Below, one piece after another: positions 10,896-25,881 of a DNA stretch of 64,000 nucleotides (position 1 is the stretch's first letter; every line of letters starts with the position of its first letter). The DNA is taken from NCBI GenBank assembly GCA_965644295.1, contig CBFFRP010000178.1, positions 37,218-101,217 of the forward strand, written 5' to 3'. Both the position numbers and the translations under genes were made by a program. Below the pieces are notes generated by a model. It was not told where the DNA came from. It was given only the letters and a program-made list of their open reading frames with translations, and searched no databases. Source of the DNA: Paraphysomonas bandaiensis. Its lineage: Eukaryota > Protista > Chrysophyceae.

Positions 10896-11464
10896 GCTGT
10901 GATATCATGCTTTGAAGGGTCGGGAATATGTTGACCTGGCTATAAAATCCTGGTTTTCTTAGTGTATTTTGTGTTTTGATGATAAACAGATTGTATAAAC
11001 AATGAAAAAAGGGCGATTTTTAGATTGTCGAGATATTTCATTGGTAGAAATCCATATGAACCCATACCACTCTCATATCCCAACTTCACGGAGTATCTCC
11101 AGTTTTAGAACTCAAAACCGGGATATTTGATATACTACACAAGTTTTCTCAGTGCCTACCGCATACGTACTGTACTATACAGAGTACAGGTACAGTGTAT
11201 ACAGTATATATATAGCTGAATTCTTAAATATCGAGTATTTTTATAAAGTTGATCCTAAAATCCTACATATCTAGCTTACTGAATTAACAAAATGCCATAT
11301 ATTGAGATCTACTCTCACACATTTAAATCAATACAATACAAATATTTAAATCTCATACAATCATACTATAAACACACGACACTGATAATCTCATATCAAT
11401 CTTCATTAAAAACAATTGAAATCATTTAAATAAAATTTGATTTTATTCATACTTTATTATAAAA

Positions 11465-14368
11465 ATGAATGATTTAATGGAAGTAAGTGAAAATTTCGTA
11501 TATAGAACAATAGCTACGTCAAGTCCTCTGTATGAACGATACATACTACGAGAGAAGTTATTCACTCAACAATTTTGTAATATTTATAATATTCGTTTGA
11601 ATGAAATGAAGTCTCAATTAAGGTACATGTAACAGAAGGGGTATATATGTATATGTATATTGAGTATATAGAGACATATATATATATATATTGAAGTGCA
11701 TGCATGCATGCATACATATACATATAGCGAAGTGTGTATGCCTATATGCATATATATATATTGAAGTGCATGCATGCATACATATACATATAGCGAAGTG
11801 TGTATGCCTATATGAGTATATATATATTGAAGTGTATGCATACATATAGCGAAGTGTGTATGTCTATATGAGCACATATGCATTGAATGTGTGTATACAT
11901 ATACATATAGCGAAGTGTGCCTATATGCATATATATATATTGAAGTGCATGCATGCATACATATACATATAGCGAAGTGTGTATGCCTATATGAGTATAT
12001 ATATATTGAAGTGTATGCATACATATACATATAATGAGGCGTGTACACGTATATATGCATACATATATATCCATATATATCACATGAGCCTCATATATAC
12101 GTCTGTTATCTACAGGAATCACGCTATTAAAAAATGGGGAAATGATACTAAAATATACAGTCAATTAATCGATACAGAATCCAGTCAAGATGACTGTATA
12201 GATAAAACTGCAGTAGTAATTGGGACTATATTTAAAGATTTACGATTACGTCCCTCTGTATGTATGAATATATTCAAATAACACTATATAATAGTTATTC
12301 TATTATGATTTAGGTATTAACAGAGTATCGTGAGAGTGGACTTGTACCAGATTCAATTGAAAATTTACATTTAAATTATTTTTCAGAGGTATAACTATAA
12401 GTATATATATGTATATAGAACAGCATATATAACAACTACATGGAACTATAGATAACTATCATTATAACTACTTGGTTTAATATATATAATTATAATTACA
12501 TGATTTAATGGTTATATAATATATGTCACTATAACTATAACTACATATATATAACCCATTCTTCAGGACGATAAAGTATTTCTAGAGGATGAGTCCGGTC
12601 GAATAACTCTAGAGGGTCTTGGAAGTATGAAACACACAATAGTAACTGGTGTTACCTGTGCAATGAAAGGCACTGTTCAAGAGGGTGGTTCTTTTAAAGT
12701 AAGTTTTGGAACACTGAAACCTTTATTATTTTTAATATGTACAGCTATTAGTATTCACTTTGTCTAACTTATATGAATGCATTATGGCAACACTATATAT
12801 ACAGAAAATAACGTGATACCTACTTACTTTTTGCAGGTCGAAGACACATGTTTTTATTACGCTCCGGATACTGTTCCGCTGTCTTCACCCTGTATCTCCC
12901 CCAATATAACTCCATCCAGTCGTTTCATTGTTTTAGTGTCTGGTCTTGAACTAGGTAGCACCCCCACTGAAGCCAATTCAATGCCCTATGAGTTATCTCT
13001 TCAATTGCTGGCGGATTTTATTGGTGGAAATTTGGGGGGTGATGATGAAGTCAATTTAGCATCACGTATAGTAAGGTGTGTGTCGTCTAATGAGCAAGTT
13101 GCGGTACTTATCGAATTGCGTATATACATAATTGTTGTATTTTATGATGTATGCCAGTCTGTATGTTATTACGGATAGATGACCCAATTGTGCAAGTACA
13201 CTCTGCATAGTATTCTAAAGTCTGTATATCTTAATCATTTTGGCCTCAAATGTCTCTTCAGGCTAGTGGTGGCTGGGAATTCCATGGCTACTATTGATGC
13301 GCAATTATTGAGTAACAAGTGAGTCCGTATTACGGCTATATTATCGGTGTAAATCTTTTATCTTTCGTAGACATTTGAACGCCAAAGAGCAAAACGAAGT
13401 TTGTTCACCAGCAAAGCAGGTAGAAAATAATAAGTGGCATGATATGTTGGATTATATAACATTTACTTGTCACGAACTTAACTGTGTATTAATGCCATGT
13501 TCTATAGTTGGACACATTTCTGTGTCAGATACTTTCATCTTGTCCTGTGGACTTGATACCAGGTTGTAAAGATCCCACCAACAACAGTCTCCCTCAGCAG
13601 GTATTTGCACGTTGGCATCAATGTAGCTACGCTTTTAACTTGGTATCGCAGCCGCTAAATCCTGTTTTACTGCCGAATTCTTACCGTTACAACACGTTTA
13701 CCGCTACCACGAATCCATATGAGTGCATGTTTAATAGGGAGATCGAAAATGGCGACAACAGTTCGTCAGAGCATATTGTTTTAGTTGGCCACTCTGGTGA
13801 ACCCGTAGATGATATCGCCCGCCAAACGGTATAATGTTTATACATTATTTATGTGCAATGTGTACAGCGCTCCGCGCTGTAGCGTTTTATTCATCAGCTT
13901 ATGTTTGTACACAGCGGACATCTGAGGGCGAAGACTGTAGACAGGCCGCAATTGACATTCTTGGTGATACACTTAAGTGGGGTCATGTATGTCCAACAGC
14001 TCCAGATACTGTACCGTGCTACCCATTCGACAAAACCGATCCGTTTATCATAAAAAATAAACCAAGTATAATGTTTGCAGGGAATCAGGTAGATTAGTGA
14101 TGAGTGTATAGTGACTTCGCGAATCTGTATCTTGTAACTTTAACTTCTTGACACTGTAGGACAAATACGAAACGAGATTGCTTTCTATTGCGGGGAGTAA
14201 AACGCTTCTTGTCAGCATTCCCAAATTCAGTGTTTCGAGGTATAAAGGAATGCCGTTGTGTGTCGCATGGTATTCATTATGCGGAGAGCGTGTTTTGATT
14301 CTTTGCGTAACAGGGAAGCTGTTTTGGTTAACTTGGAGACTTTGGAATCGCACGTGATGCGGTTTTGA
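11465..14368 (+). CDS. POLD2: DNA polymerase delta small subunit (multi-exon)
   Basis: Spliced motifs VIGTIFKDLRLRPSV, FLEDESGRITL, IVLVSGL, VVAGNS, PVDLIPGCKDPTNNSLPQQPL, TNPY and HVCPTAPDTVPCYPFDKTDPFII...FAGNQ; stop TGA at 14366-14368. Confidence 0.93.
11676..12035. repeat. Minisatellite (about 60-70-bp unit, 5-6 copies) in POLD2 intron 1
   Basis: Repeated TATATATTGAAGTG(C/T)ATGCAT...CATATAGCGAAGTGTGTATGCCTATATG. Confidence 0.85.
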
Positions 14369-14914
14369 TGTATTATATACTACAGGAGTGAATGGGTGGT
14401 ATATTTTATCATTGCCGCTGGTTAGGGTTGTGAGTAACTGCAGTAATATAGTATGCTGTATCAATAATAATGCATTAATAGTTGTCAAATTTGGAAAATT
14501 ATAGGGTCAGGTGGTTGTTAAGTGTTAAGGTATAACTTTAGCTGAGCACTAAATTGGTTTGACACAGCAACTGATTTCATCTTGAATTTAGTGTACTTGT
14601 AACTCAATTATGTTGCATTGTGCTATATATTGCAGACAGTCATTCACACAATTCACACATATATATATAACCAAGCAGTAGTGCAACAAGTGTCTCTGCT
14701 ATAAAACAATTACAAAGTAATATATCTTATTAATAATTTAAAAGTTCAGAAAATTGTTTAAAATATAGGTAATTGTAATTGATCATCACCGTATTTGCTA
14801 TAAAAGTAAAAGCAATGTCGTCATCTTCATAGTGTGCGTCAATTATCGAATAACACTACTCAAAATGTAATTGCAAAAAGTAGCAACTGGCTACCTGATA
14901 TGCAGCATATGTTT

Positions 14915-17584
14915 TCAGAACGCTTCTTCGCCCATAGAATCATCCGTATGTCCGGCATTTTCGTTTCGTACCACGGTAAAAGCAAGCGTATTGAGCGTAT
15001 TATCGGCACTGATGAGCACTCTGCTGTGGTTCGGAATAGTACCGGCAAACATTCCGCGACTGATTTTCGTTACTAGATGTTTCTCCATATATCGACGAAG
15101 CGGTCGGGCGCCATACGCGGGGTCGTACGACTGCTGTAGCACAAAATCAATAGCTGAGTCATCCATAGCAAGCTGGATATCTCTATCCACAAGTCTCGAG
15201 GCGATAAGACGAAGGTTCATATCTATAATATGGCGTAGCTGCTGCAGCCCCAGAGGATTGAACATAATTATGTCATCCAATCTATTTAAGAACTCTGGTC
15301 GGAAGTTCATCTTAACCTGTTGCATAACGGCTTCTCTTGTTGCATCAGTGATACCACCGTTGGCACCTGAGGTTAGTAGCAACTCCGCTCCAATATTGGA
15401 CGTGAGTATAATAATTGTGTTCGTGAAGTCAACAGTCTTTCCAGTAGAATCAGTAAGCCTACCGTCATCAAGAACTTGCAACAAAATGTTCATAACATTA
15501 CGATGAGCCTTTTCAATTTCATCAAACAGAACCACGTTGTATGGGCGCCGACGAACAGCTTCTGTCAATTGACCACCTTCATCATGGCCTACATAACCTG
15601 GAGGTGCCCCAATTAGTCGTGCCACACTGTGCTCTTCCATATACTCTGACATGTCTATGCGAACGACATGCTTATCGTCATCGAAAAGCTCTCCGGCTAA
15701 AGCTTTAGCAAGTTCAGTTTTGCCAACTCCAGTTGGTCCAAGGAATAAAAATGAACCCAATGGCTGAGTAGGTCTAGACATGCCTGATCTCGAACGTAGA
15801 ACAGCATCTGAGATTGCGTCAATCGCATCTTCTTGTCCCACCACACGGGCTCGAAGTGTCTCGGGTAGATTGAGGAGGCGCTGGTTCTCTGCTTGTGAAA
15901 GTTTACTTGTAGGTATTCCCGTCCAACGAGAAACTACATCAGATATCTGCTCTGGTCCGACTACATCTATTACCAACTTTCCAGCTCCCGTTCCGTCTAA
16001 TTCCATCTCCATTTCACGTTTTTGCTGCTCATCCAAGGCCCGTTTTGCTTTCTTAATTGCTTCTTCCACGCTAGGAATAGCATAGTACTTGAGATCAGCC
16101 GCAATATCCATATTTCTTTTACGTTCTGCATCTTGAAGTTTAAATTTCAGTCCGTCCAACTTTTGTTGCAGTTCGTTCAACTCTCTGACCTTTTCTCTTT
16201 CCATGTCCATGCGGGCTAGTAGTGGACGCAGTTCCTCATGAACTTTTGAAAGTTCAGCTTGAACCTCTGATAAGCGCTGAACAGAACCCTTGTCCTTTTC
16301 CTTGCGTAATGCACGTTCTTCCACTTCAAGTTGAAGGCGTTTACGCTCAAGTTTATCGATTACATCAGGTTGAGAATCGAGCTGTACACGAACGCTTGCA
16401 CATGCCTCGTCTATACAGTCAATAGCTTTATCTGGTAGCTGCCTGTTAGTGATGTATCGATGCGACAGCTTTACTGCGGACACTAAAGCGGAGTCACGGA
16501 TGCGCACTCCATGGTGGACTTCATATTTATCTTTCAGACCACGCAGAATAGAGATCGTGTCTTCGACACTGGGCTCACCGACATACACCTGTTGGAAGCG
16601 CCTCTCAAATGCAGCATCCTTTTCAATATATTTACGATATTCCTCCAAGGTAGTCGCACCAATGCACTTTAGCACCCCTCTAGCTAACATAGGTTTAAGT
16701 AAATTGGCTGCATCCATTGCCCCAGATGTCTTTCCAGCTCCCAGCACAAGATGGAGCTCGTCAATGAAGAGGATAATATTTCCCTCTGCATTTTCAATGT
16801 CCTGCAGCACAGCCTTCAGGCGCTCTTCGAATTCGCCCTGATATTTTGCACCGGCGATTAGGGCCCCCATATCAAGTGAAAATAGGCGACACTGAAGCGA
16901 CTCTGGGACATCTCCTTTCAAGATACGCTGTGCAAGACCCTCCACTATAGCTGTCTTACCGACTCCAGGTTCACCAATGAGGCAAGGATTGTTCTTTCTA
17001 CGCCTGGCCAATACACCAATCACACGTCGTATTTCATCGTCCCGACCAATGACAGGATCAAGTGATCCTTTTTCCGCAGCAGCTGTAAGATCTTGAGCAT
17101 ATTTCGATAGTGCATCATATGTATTCTCTGCTGTACGAGAGGTCACTTTACGATTACCACGTACACTCTTGATAGCATCTTCTAATGCACTACGACTCAC
17201 TCCAAAAGCACTTTGTATATCCCTTATAACACATAAACCAAGTAATAAATGATCAACTGCAATATGTGAATCATTATTCTTTTTTTGTATTTCTTCACTA
17301 GATATGATGACTTTAGTAAAATCAGATGATGGTGGAACTGATTGTGGAGGTGGGGATTGTGATGGTGCCTTCTGTATGATCTTTTGAATTGTTTCAATGA
17401 CTAATAATGGATCTCCACCTGCTCTTTTCAGACAATTGTATGCAAGTTTATGATCATCTTGTAGTAATGCTAATGCTAAATGAGCTGGAAGTAATTGAGT
17501 ATTACCATGTGATTTTGCAAGATCAATTGATGAATTAATAATCTCAGTTGATCTTTCAGTAAAATTTTCTGAATTCATACTCAT
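14915..17584 (-). CDS. HSP101: Cytosolic ClpB/Hsp101/Hsp104 disaggregase, intronless
   Basis: Clp N-domain; two AAA+ modules ([41 protein letters not shown]); coiled-coil M domain; acidic C-terminus. Confidence 0.97.
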   Translation of the reverse strand: MSMNSENFTERSTEIINSSIDLAKSHGNTQLLPAHLALALLQDDHKLAYNCLKRAGGDPLLVIETIQKIIQKAPSQSPPPQSVPPSSDFTKVIISSEEIQKKNNDSHIAVDHLLLGLCVIRDIQSAFGVSRSALEDAIKSVRGNRKVTSRTAENTYDALSKYAQDLTAAAEKGSLDPVIGRDDEIRRVIGVLARRRKNNPCLIGEPGVGKTAIVEGLAQRILKGDVPESLQCRLFSLDMGALIAGAKYQGEFEERLKAVLQDIENAEGNIILFIDELHLVLGAGKTSGAMDAANLLKPMLARGVLKCIGATTLEEYRKYIEKDAAFERRFQQVYVGEPSVEDTISILRGLKDKYEVHHGVRIRDSALVSAVKLSHRYITNRQLPDKAIDCIDEACASVRVQLDSQPDVIDKLERKRLQLEVEERALRKEKDKGSVQRLSEVQAELSKVHEELRPLLARMDMEREKVRELNELQQKLDGLKFKLQDAERKRNMDIAADLKYYAIPSVEEAIKKAKRALDEQQKREMEMELDGTGAGKLVIDVVGPEQISDVVSRWTGIPTSKLSQAENQRLLNLPETLRARVVGQEDAIDAISDAVLRSRSGMSRPTQPLGSFLFLGPTGVGKTELAKALAGELFDDDKHVVRIDMSEYMEEHSVARLIGAPPGYVGHDEGGQLTEAVRRRPYNVVLFDEIEKAHRNVMNILLQVLDDGRLTDSTGKTVDFTNTIIILTSNIGAELLLTSGANGGITDATREAVMQQVKMNFRPEFLNRLDDIIMFNPLGLQQLRHIIDMNLRLIASRLVDRDIQLAMDDSAIDFVLQQSYDPAYGARPLRRYMEKHLVTKISRGMFAGTIPNHSRVLISADNTLNTLAFTVVRNENAGHTDDSMGEEAF

Positions 17585-17777
17585 CTTTAATGAATATATA
17601 GATAAATGTTTAATATGGTTAATAGATTGTGATATTATGAGATTTGATTGTAAGTTTATGACAAGAGTGTAGGATAGAATGTTCTTTAATATTCACTTAC
17701 TCATTTATTAACTTCAAATTGAACTTCGTTGGATTGGATTGGACTTTGTATATGTATGAAGTTAGACAGGTGTTTGG

Positions 17778-17792
17778 GTTCGAGAAAATTCG
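17778..17792. promoter_or_regulatory. Heat-shock element upstream of HSP101
   Basis: gTTCgaGAAaaTTCg is a perfect three-unit nGAAn array about 200 bp upstream of the ATG. Additional GAAnnTTC sites lie at about 17677 and 17817. Confidence 0.8.
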
Positions 17793-18426
17793 ATGACTAG
17801 AAATTGATGTTGTATAGAATATTCTCATATTATTCCTACACAGCAACTTACGGGTAAGGAACGGATAGAGTACGATCCGGTAAATATTTGAACGGGTTGT
17901 TCGAAAGGTTTTAATACAGTGGTAGTTCTTTTACTACAGTTGTCTCAAATTCGGGGGTAGATATGTACTCTCCTACTTCATGTATGACGACCAGTAGAAA
18001 AGTACATATATAAGGTACTGAAGTACAAGGATAGATATACATCCAAGTACGTACGTAGTATGTGCTCTATATACATCTGGACATACACCTACAGGTACAG
18101 CTGTATATATCTCCATATATACAGATATATACAGATATACTGGTGGTGATCGATTTTATTCATTAAAAAGTCACTTTTTTTCACTTTTCACTGAGAAAAC
18201 GATGAAATTAATGATGCACACAACTCAATAAAAGTACCATCCCCAGTACATGTATATATGTCATATATGGAGATTTGCGTATATATACACACTACGAACC
18301 ACCCCCTGCTGTATATACAGATAGATACGACAGAGTAAACTAGAGAAATCAAAGTAACTCTACATACATACACACTCAAATCATACAATCTTAATAATAG
18401 AACACTCTATATAATCCATACTCAAG

Positions 18427-18549
18427 ATGTCATTATTACAAGATGATAATGATACGATACAATTTTTTAATGAATTAGAAACTAGTTTAGAAAAAACGAT
18501 TGAACCACATTATTTTGATATTCCACGTAGATTTAGGTACATACATACA

Positions 18550-18580
<31 letters not shown>

Positions 18581-21500
18581 TCATAATAATATTTATATAG
18601 ATATTTAATTGAAGTTATTGAAGTTATGGGAAAAAAGATTGAACAAAAATCATGTGGTGGTGAAGATCCATTACTCTCATTACATGTATGGATGAGTATA
18701 TATATATATAACTATCATATACTTCTAACGATATGTATGTATATGTATATATAGAGTCAGAATCCAGCATATAATGAATTGTTACAAAAGAGAACATTTA
18801 TTAATGAAGTAATTGAAGAAATTGTTACTTTTCAACATGGTAAGTACAGTATGTATGTGAAGTTTCACATTGAGTGGTGTATGTGTTTTAGGATCACTCA
18901 ACAATAGCGTGGAAACAATGGGTGACGTAATCAGCGCTTATTGCAAGTAATTACTAGTTCATTTACGGATACCGCTTATACACTGACAATATAATTTGCT
19001 TTATGTGTGTTCAGATCTAAGGACGAAGTGTCAACTATGCGTGAATCCATACGCGAAATAAAGTCAGTTTTAACATCAAAAAAAACCGGTCAAACTGATA
19101 TTAAGAAGTTATGGCTTGCGAAAACGGAGCTCGAAGAATCTATACGAATGCTGAACAAAATTGAAGTACTCAAAGATGCTCCATCCAGGGTACAGCTCCT
19201 GACCAACCAGAACCGATACCTTGCAGCTGTTACTACGTTGAATACTTCAGTTGATAACATGTTTGATGCGGTGAGTGTGGATGACTGACAATCAGCTTAA
19301 GTATACTTGCTGTTATTATACTGACACGTCATAAAGCATCGTGTGACAATAATACCATTTATTGATGTGTTGCGTTGATAGGATTTCATGGATATTGATG
19401 CCTTAGCACCAGTGAGAGAGCAGTTGTTAGAATTAAAAGGCAGACTGTTGGAAAGAATGGCAGATGAACTCAAGGACGCAATTGTAGGTGCGTATTGAAT
19501 TTCGAAGTCATAGGTAGATTCAAACATCAGCATCTGTGCTCGTACTACTGTGTGATATAGGATGATTTTATGTTCTCTATCTGCGGTTATCAATCTGCAT
19601 ATTCTAGGTGTCAATGCAAAGCACATGGCTGGTTTTTCGTCTAGAAAACCTTCGTCTGCATCCAGAAGCGGCATTGACGATGACGCTACTGAATCTATTC
19701 TGGAGAGTGAAGCTGGGATATCAGACCACAGGTTTGGATTTAGTTCTTATATTGAAGTACTGTATGCATGGGTTACTACGGTATTGTAAATATATACACC
19801 ATATTCGGAGTTTCAGTGTGCCCATGTACATGACTTTGGTTTATAGCGTACTTGCTATAGTGACCTATTCTACTCTTGATTATGCCTTTTGTACACTGGG
19901 TGCCATCAGTTTAACGTTATACGCGGTAGTTTTGACACGAAAACAACCGTGTGTAACACTTGTCAATTTTTGTTAGGTCAGAGGCTGGTAGAAGCCTGTA
20001 CAACGGATCTCAACCTGATATTTCGGAGCAACGACCACCGAGAGGTTCGAGCAGAGCCCCTATGAGCGCACTTAGATCAAACGTACACTTCACTAAAGCT
20101 CCGATAACAAGCAGTAATGTTTGGTCAACAGATCTCAGTGAGGTTAGATTACCGCACTAATATGATAGTAAATTAATGAGCTATTGTATGCTACTAAATA
20201 TACACATGTATCTATCACTGTATGGTGACTACATATATCGCAGGCTACAGAAGCTGCGGAGGCGTCTTTATTAGATCCAAAGGCTGCAGGGTCCCTTTAT
20301 ATACGCCTTCTTGTCAAAGGAATAGGTAGTCTACACTGCGAAGATGATGCAGAAAGAATGCTTTTCGAGGTACTTTCACCTAATACACTGTGTTCGTACG
20401 AATACATTTTTATATTTTTTATAGACATGCACTTATTTATACTGATTGTACAGTGAAATGCAGGGTTGTTTATTCCACAAATTTAGATGTTTCAATAGTT
20501 GTTGATTTATATTTTTTGCAGGGTGCCGCAGAGCAGTTTCGAGTTACCATTAGACGTATTAAAGTAATGAGAAAGAAGGCTGCTGAGGTTGTTGACACCA
20601 CTTCACCGCCAATCAGCGGCGAGAGCGCCGCCAAATACGATGACGAAGCTCTGACATACAGAAAAAACGTAAGGCGCATAACTTCTATCTCTTATATGCA
20701 CGAGCTTTTAGATTGGACACTGTCAATGCATTATGTTGTGCTACCCCTAATATGGTTGAAAGCTAATGCAATCTCCTAAACTTGATATAATGCATGTATA
20801 GATCGCAGAGTTTACAGCGTTCGTGAAAGATATGCTTGACGCTGCTTTTACGATGCTAAAGATGGCCCTATATATCATCAGGCTTCTCAACCAAAGCAAA
20901 AAGTATGGTGTATGAATTAGAATGTCATATGCAATTTTTTTCTCTCTCTGACTTGTATTCAGTTTGATATTCATGTCGAATTTACCGCACTATGTCTAGT
21001 GTTAATGTGTTGTGCTGCAGATCAACGAGAGGCATTTCGATTATTGAAGATAAGAAGGGCCTAAAAGATAATATAAAAAAGTCTGTGTTGAATTTGTGGA
21101 GTGATGCGCAGGATACTATTGTAGGCGAGCTGTCGAGGCACTTCGTCGAACAGGTGAGCGTTATGTCATGCAACATTAGTTACCAAGTATTTGCATAATG
21201 GGAAGAAAATGTGGAGCATGTTATTTGTTAGCATTTCTTACCTACATCCAGGCCGTAAAAGATATGTGTGATGATGACCAGAGCGGTTCGGATTCCAATC
21301 ATGACAGAGAAGATTTAGACAATCGCATGTTAACGTAAGCCGAATACTGTGGAATATAGTGCATGAAGTGCCCTTTATTAGGACAGATAGCGTGATTACA
21401 GTATTTATTTTCTTATACGTACCCCTGATAGTGAAGATTTTTCTTTAATACAGTGCATCTCCGCTTCCCATAAATGCTGATGACGATGGGGCAAGAACTA

Positions 21501-24500
21501 TGGACGATATGATGACTGTAAGGACCTCAATACTTTGTGCGTTAATAGGCGACTTTCGTATGTCTGTGATGTATACATATTCCCTTACAGTGTGTGTTCT
21601 ACCTATATATATTTTAGGTGTATATTTCTGGTATTCGCACATAATATATATATAACAACTTAAATAGGTTTGCCCGTCATCAGCGAGGTTGGCGGCACCA
21701 GTTTATAAGGCTATATCTTCTTTCAGTGAGAGAGCTCACAATGTGCTCAAGGATGAGGTCGACAGTAACATCAGCACTAGCTATAGCAGTCGAGTACATG
21801 TGGCTGTACAGAGGTATGTATTTAGATTTATATGATTGGATAAGTGACACTTGTATTGATATGATCGGTACGAGTCATTGATGACATTTACTTAGCTATA
21901 TACTTGTTGATATATGTGAACATTTGCAACATATATATATTCTGCTCTTATAATTGGAAATATTAAAGAACTCTGGAGGACGAGTTGATGCCATTAGTTC
22001 AAAGTGAAGTAAATGCAGAAATGAGAGACCTTCAAATGGACAGTCAATTGTTTGTGGCACCTACGGAAAGTAGTAGGAACAATACAGTCGATGCAGAAAC
22101 CGGAGAAGTAAGATTAGCGTATACTTACTCACGCGTCATGAGCAAATCAATGAACCTTTATAGGGTCTTTGGAAAGTTGTACTGTTTCTGCATTGTGATA
22201 TGTGCTCTTCTACTCTTTTTACCGTAGCATTGATGTGTACACACAGCGTGGTGCATAGTATTCTAGGAAGTTGTGCGTATGTGCATTTTTTGTGTATACA
22301 TCAATTTTGTGTGCTGTTGTCGTTTAAAATACAATCGTGTTGCATTATCAGGTTGGTGTTTGTGAGGCTGCCAGACGTTGTGCTGCTATTATCCAGCCAT
22401 TGTTCTTCCATTGGTTGGAGTTACCCCAACATAAAGACCAAGTTTCGACTATAATTGACAGAGCGATTCGGGGATTCGCCTCAACTGCTAGGTACAGAAA
22501 CACATATATCATTCGTGGTGACCATTCATACGATTGATGGATATGATAACTCACCTTGCTTTATAAGTACTACTCTGGATTCCGTAATTAGAATATCTCT
22601 TCGGCGGTTATAATAGACGTATATACTATATAGGGAAGAAGTGGAGAGTCTTTCATGGAAACTCGTATCCAGTAAACCCGATCATATGAAACATGTTTTG
22701 GAGTCTATTCAACACGACCCAATACTGCATATACACAGGTACACACTATCCCTAGTTGCTCTGGAAATTTTGATGAGTACGTGAAAGGATGAAAGTTTAT
22801 GATGGAATGACCACCGTGGAAGAGATGTTTGATCACCTTTCCAGTGTCCATTCCTCTTCTTCACCCCTCGCTTCTAGGGATTCGCTTTGTAAGTGACAAT
22901 TATGGGTAGATGTTTGTATCTATATATAATTGTATCGTATATCTGTATATATTGCATAGCCTGGTATGTTTTGGGTTTTGTTGTGCACATATCTTTGTCC
23001 CATGGTAATGTATCTCTGTTTTTTATTTTGCGTCACGATGACGTTGAGTTACATTTTTTGCAACTCTGTTGTAATATATACATGCCTGCCTGTCTCGACC
23101 AGATACTCCGATGAGGTGTGTAATCAATCTTCGTCTTTACTGTGGCGATTAATATGCTCTCTACTATTTAGAAAACAAAACAGTGCCGACAGTGTTGTCT
23201 CGACTGAGAGTACCATGGTGACAACGGGTGAGTATATTCGTTATTGAGGTCCTCATTGCATGGTATCTTAATACTGCTTTAGAATTGGATACATGGGGAC
23301 ATATGTGGGATGTTAGGAACACATCTGTATTCAAAGATAGTAACGAGAAGGTTGTTACACTTTGCTAGTAGTATGCCTGAGTTATGTCTGTACATCTTAA
23401 CATACCATTAACTCTCTTAACTTATGTCTATCAAGATGGCAATGGACTTCACGAAATTGAGCACCATAGCCGCTATTGCGAATGGATGCGATTGGTTGGT
23501 CAAACTGCTCAGTAGGTATGTTAGTACCGCATTGTGTTACTTGTTATGTCCATTCCGATCTGTGTTTTTCAGGGTAGTAGCTGTGAACTTGTATTACTTT
23601 TAGTGCGATATTTAGCATTTTGTGCTGACTAGACTGTAGATTTTGTGCGTCTACTGTGAAGAAAGCGCAGCATAAAGACAGCACTCATCACACAAGTAGA
23701 AGAACCATTGCACATCAGAGCTCCATAGGTGTGATAATATTCTTGCCAATATGTGTTTTTTTGGTTTGTACGATACACTGTGATATGTATGTGACAACCA
23801 TTGTATTTGCATTAGAAATCAGTATAGCAGATACTAGACAGCGCGATATGGATAATGTAGCCGCATGTATATGACATTCAGTGCTTGTACTGATTTCGTA
23901 CGCATTTAGTTTCAAATACATCAGAAGAAGTTGTGCAGCTTCTTGCGGTAATTCAGGTCACCAATATCGTTTATGATGAGTTGGACATCTTACATATTTG
24001 TACGACGTATGAAGGGTGGTGCCAAGAGCTTGTCGAAATTAGCGGAAGAGTGCATGGCCATCCTTCGAGGCGAGATGCAGGTACAGTAACAGTATCAGTG
24101 AAAGTGACTTCAAAGTGCCACACGTGGTGCATGTATGAGTTATCGTATTTTTGATATGTCGCACAGGTTGTTGCTTTTTTTTTCTTGCGCCAGTTGGTGT
24201 CTTTCCAATTAGGAGGAACTGCTACAAGTAAAGACGTATGTAGTGATATTCATGTTACCATAGGTACTTTAATTTTTACATTTAGGGAAAGTTTCAACAC
24301 TCTCATGGCCATTCCTCTGGTTCCAAACATCATGGTCATCATGTAACTGTAAGTGTGTAGTCAGCGCTGGAATGTTTTCTATTCGAAGAAGTATTTATAC
24401 TATGCATCGCGTATATACTTCGTGTAGTTTGTACCAATATGTTGTATCGCTAACCGGTTTCGTAGGATAGCGACAATAATATCGTTACGGCGTTCAACCA

Positions 24501-25438
24501 CCACTTGATGTCCATACAGGATGCAATTCTGTCTTCTTCGGGGCCTGGGGTTTTAGCTGTGGCGTTATCTCCGTTATGCCGATTGATTCCAAGGTAGGTA
24601 GTTGACATAGTGATGCTGTATTGTAATTTGGATGTGGTTGTTTAGGTTCTTTACGAAGAGCCTGGTGTCTATATCTCCATCAGATAAGTGTGCTCTGCAG
24701 AACATAGGACGGTTTATGAAATCAGGTTTGTAAGAAATCTGGTACTATTGATGAACTGTAGAGTGATGTACGTATATATAGTGGTCGCTACCCAGCAGAA
24801 TCTGTCGATGCTCTTCCAATCGTCTAACCTTGAACTATCTACGGATAGAAGGTAAACAAAGTGTTCCAGGACGTGATATCCGGCCTTTATATAGCACTAC
24901 CTAAATATTCAACAAATTATATGCACTATCAGAAGTGCTAATACACTAATATTTTCGTGTACAGATTACAAGACATTACGACAGATGAGTTTGATAGATT
25001 AAGGCGATATGCAGCCCTATTGCAGATGCGACCTGTGCCAGAATTTCAGGTACGTTTTTCCGCGTTGTGTGTTGTAGGTATTGGCATGCGGTTGTTTATG
25101 ATATCATTGTGTAGGAGTATATACGCACTCATAAAGATGAATTCACAATGGAAGAGTTTGCCTTCGTGTGGGAGTTCCTTAGACAGAGGTGAGAAACAAT
25201 GTTTGCTCCCTGTAGTATGTAGTATATGGTATGTTGAGCAAGATAGTCTAGTAGTATATTGTGTAGGTGTAGGATGGATATTCCTAACTGACTTTCTCTC
25301 AGGAACGAATCTATGCGGCTCGAAACCTTCGCAGAGTTGTGGAAACAGTGTGCGTACTCCAGCCCCCATTCTCAGCCAGCCCCGAGCAGTTCGTCTCCGA
25401 AGAAAACAAGGCGTCAGTCTATCAATTCTAACTTATAG
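18427..25438 (+). CDS. EXOC4: Exocyst complex component Sec8 (many short exons)
   Basis: Spliced N-terminal Sec8-like coiled coil: IEEIVTFQHGSLNNSV..., KKLW...MLNKIEVLKDAPSRV...RYLAAV...ALAPVREQL...LERMADELKDAI. The last exon ends ...SINSNL* at 25438. Internal exon boundaries were not all resolved. Confidence 0.82.
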
Positions 25439-25881
25439 CTATGCGTAGACTAGTAATCCCCTTGACTACTGCTATTCCTGATTTCATATGACAGTATTGT
25501 AGGCTAACATTGACTCTCACAGGTTTATAATACATCTTTACTTTAAGTTTACTCAGTATTAGTTCTAACAGCAGCATACGTATTGCACTGTGATATACCT
25601 TGCCTGTAGAACCGTTACCTATGAATCTTAACGACTACTTCAATGTGCAGTGTACTTCTTAACAATCTACTACACATCATACAGATACACGTAACGAACT
25701 TCATGACTCTAGATGGTATTAAAATATCAAATACATTATTAGATTCAGTACATTTGACATATACAAAACGAAAGTGACTACTTAAAATTACTTACTCGCC
25801 ATCTCGTGTTAACATCTGATTGTAGTCACTAGAACTAATGACTCAAAAATATAGTACTATAATACGTCGTAATCGATCTAA

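Noticed and set aside
11614-12281. His/Tyr/Ile-rich ORFs
   Set aside because: They derive from the intronic minisatellite of POLD2.
14834-16841. + strand ORFs overlapping HSP101
   Set aside because: Antisense shadows of a conserved gene.
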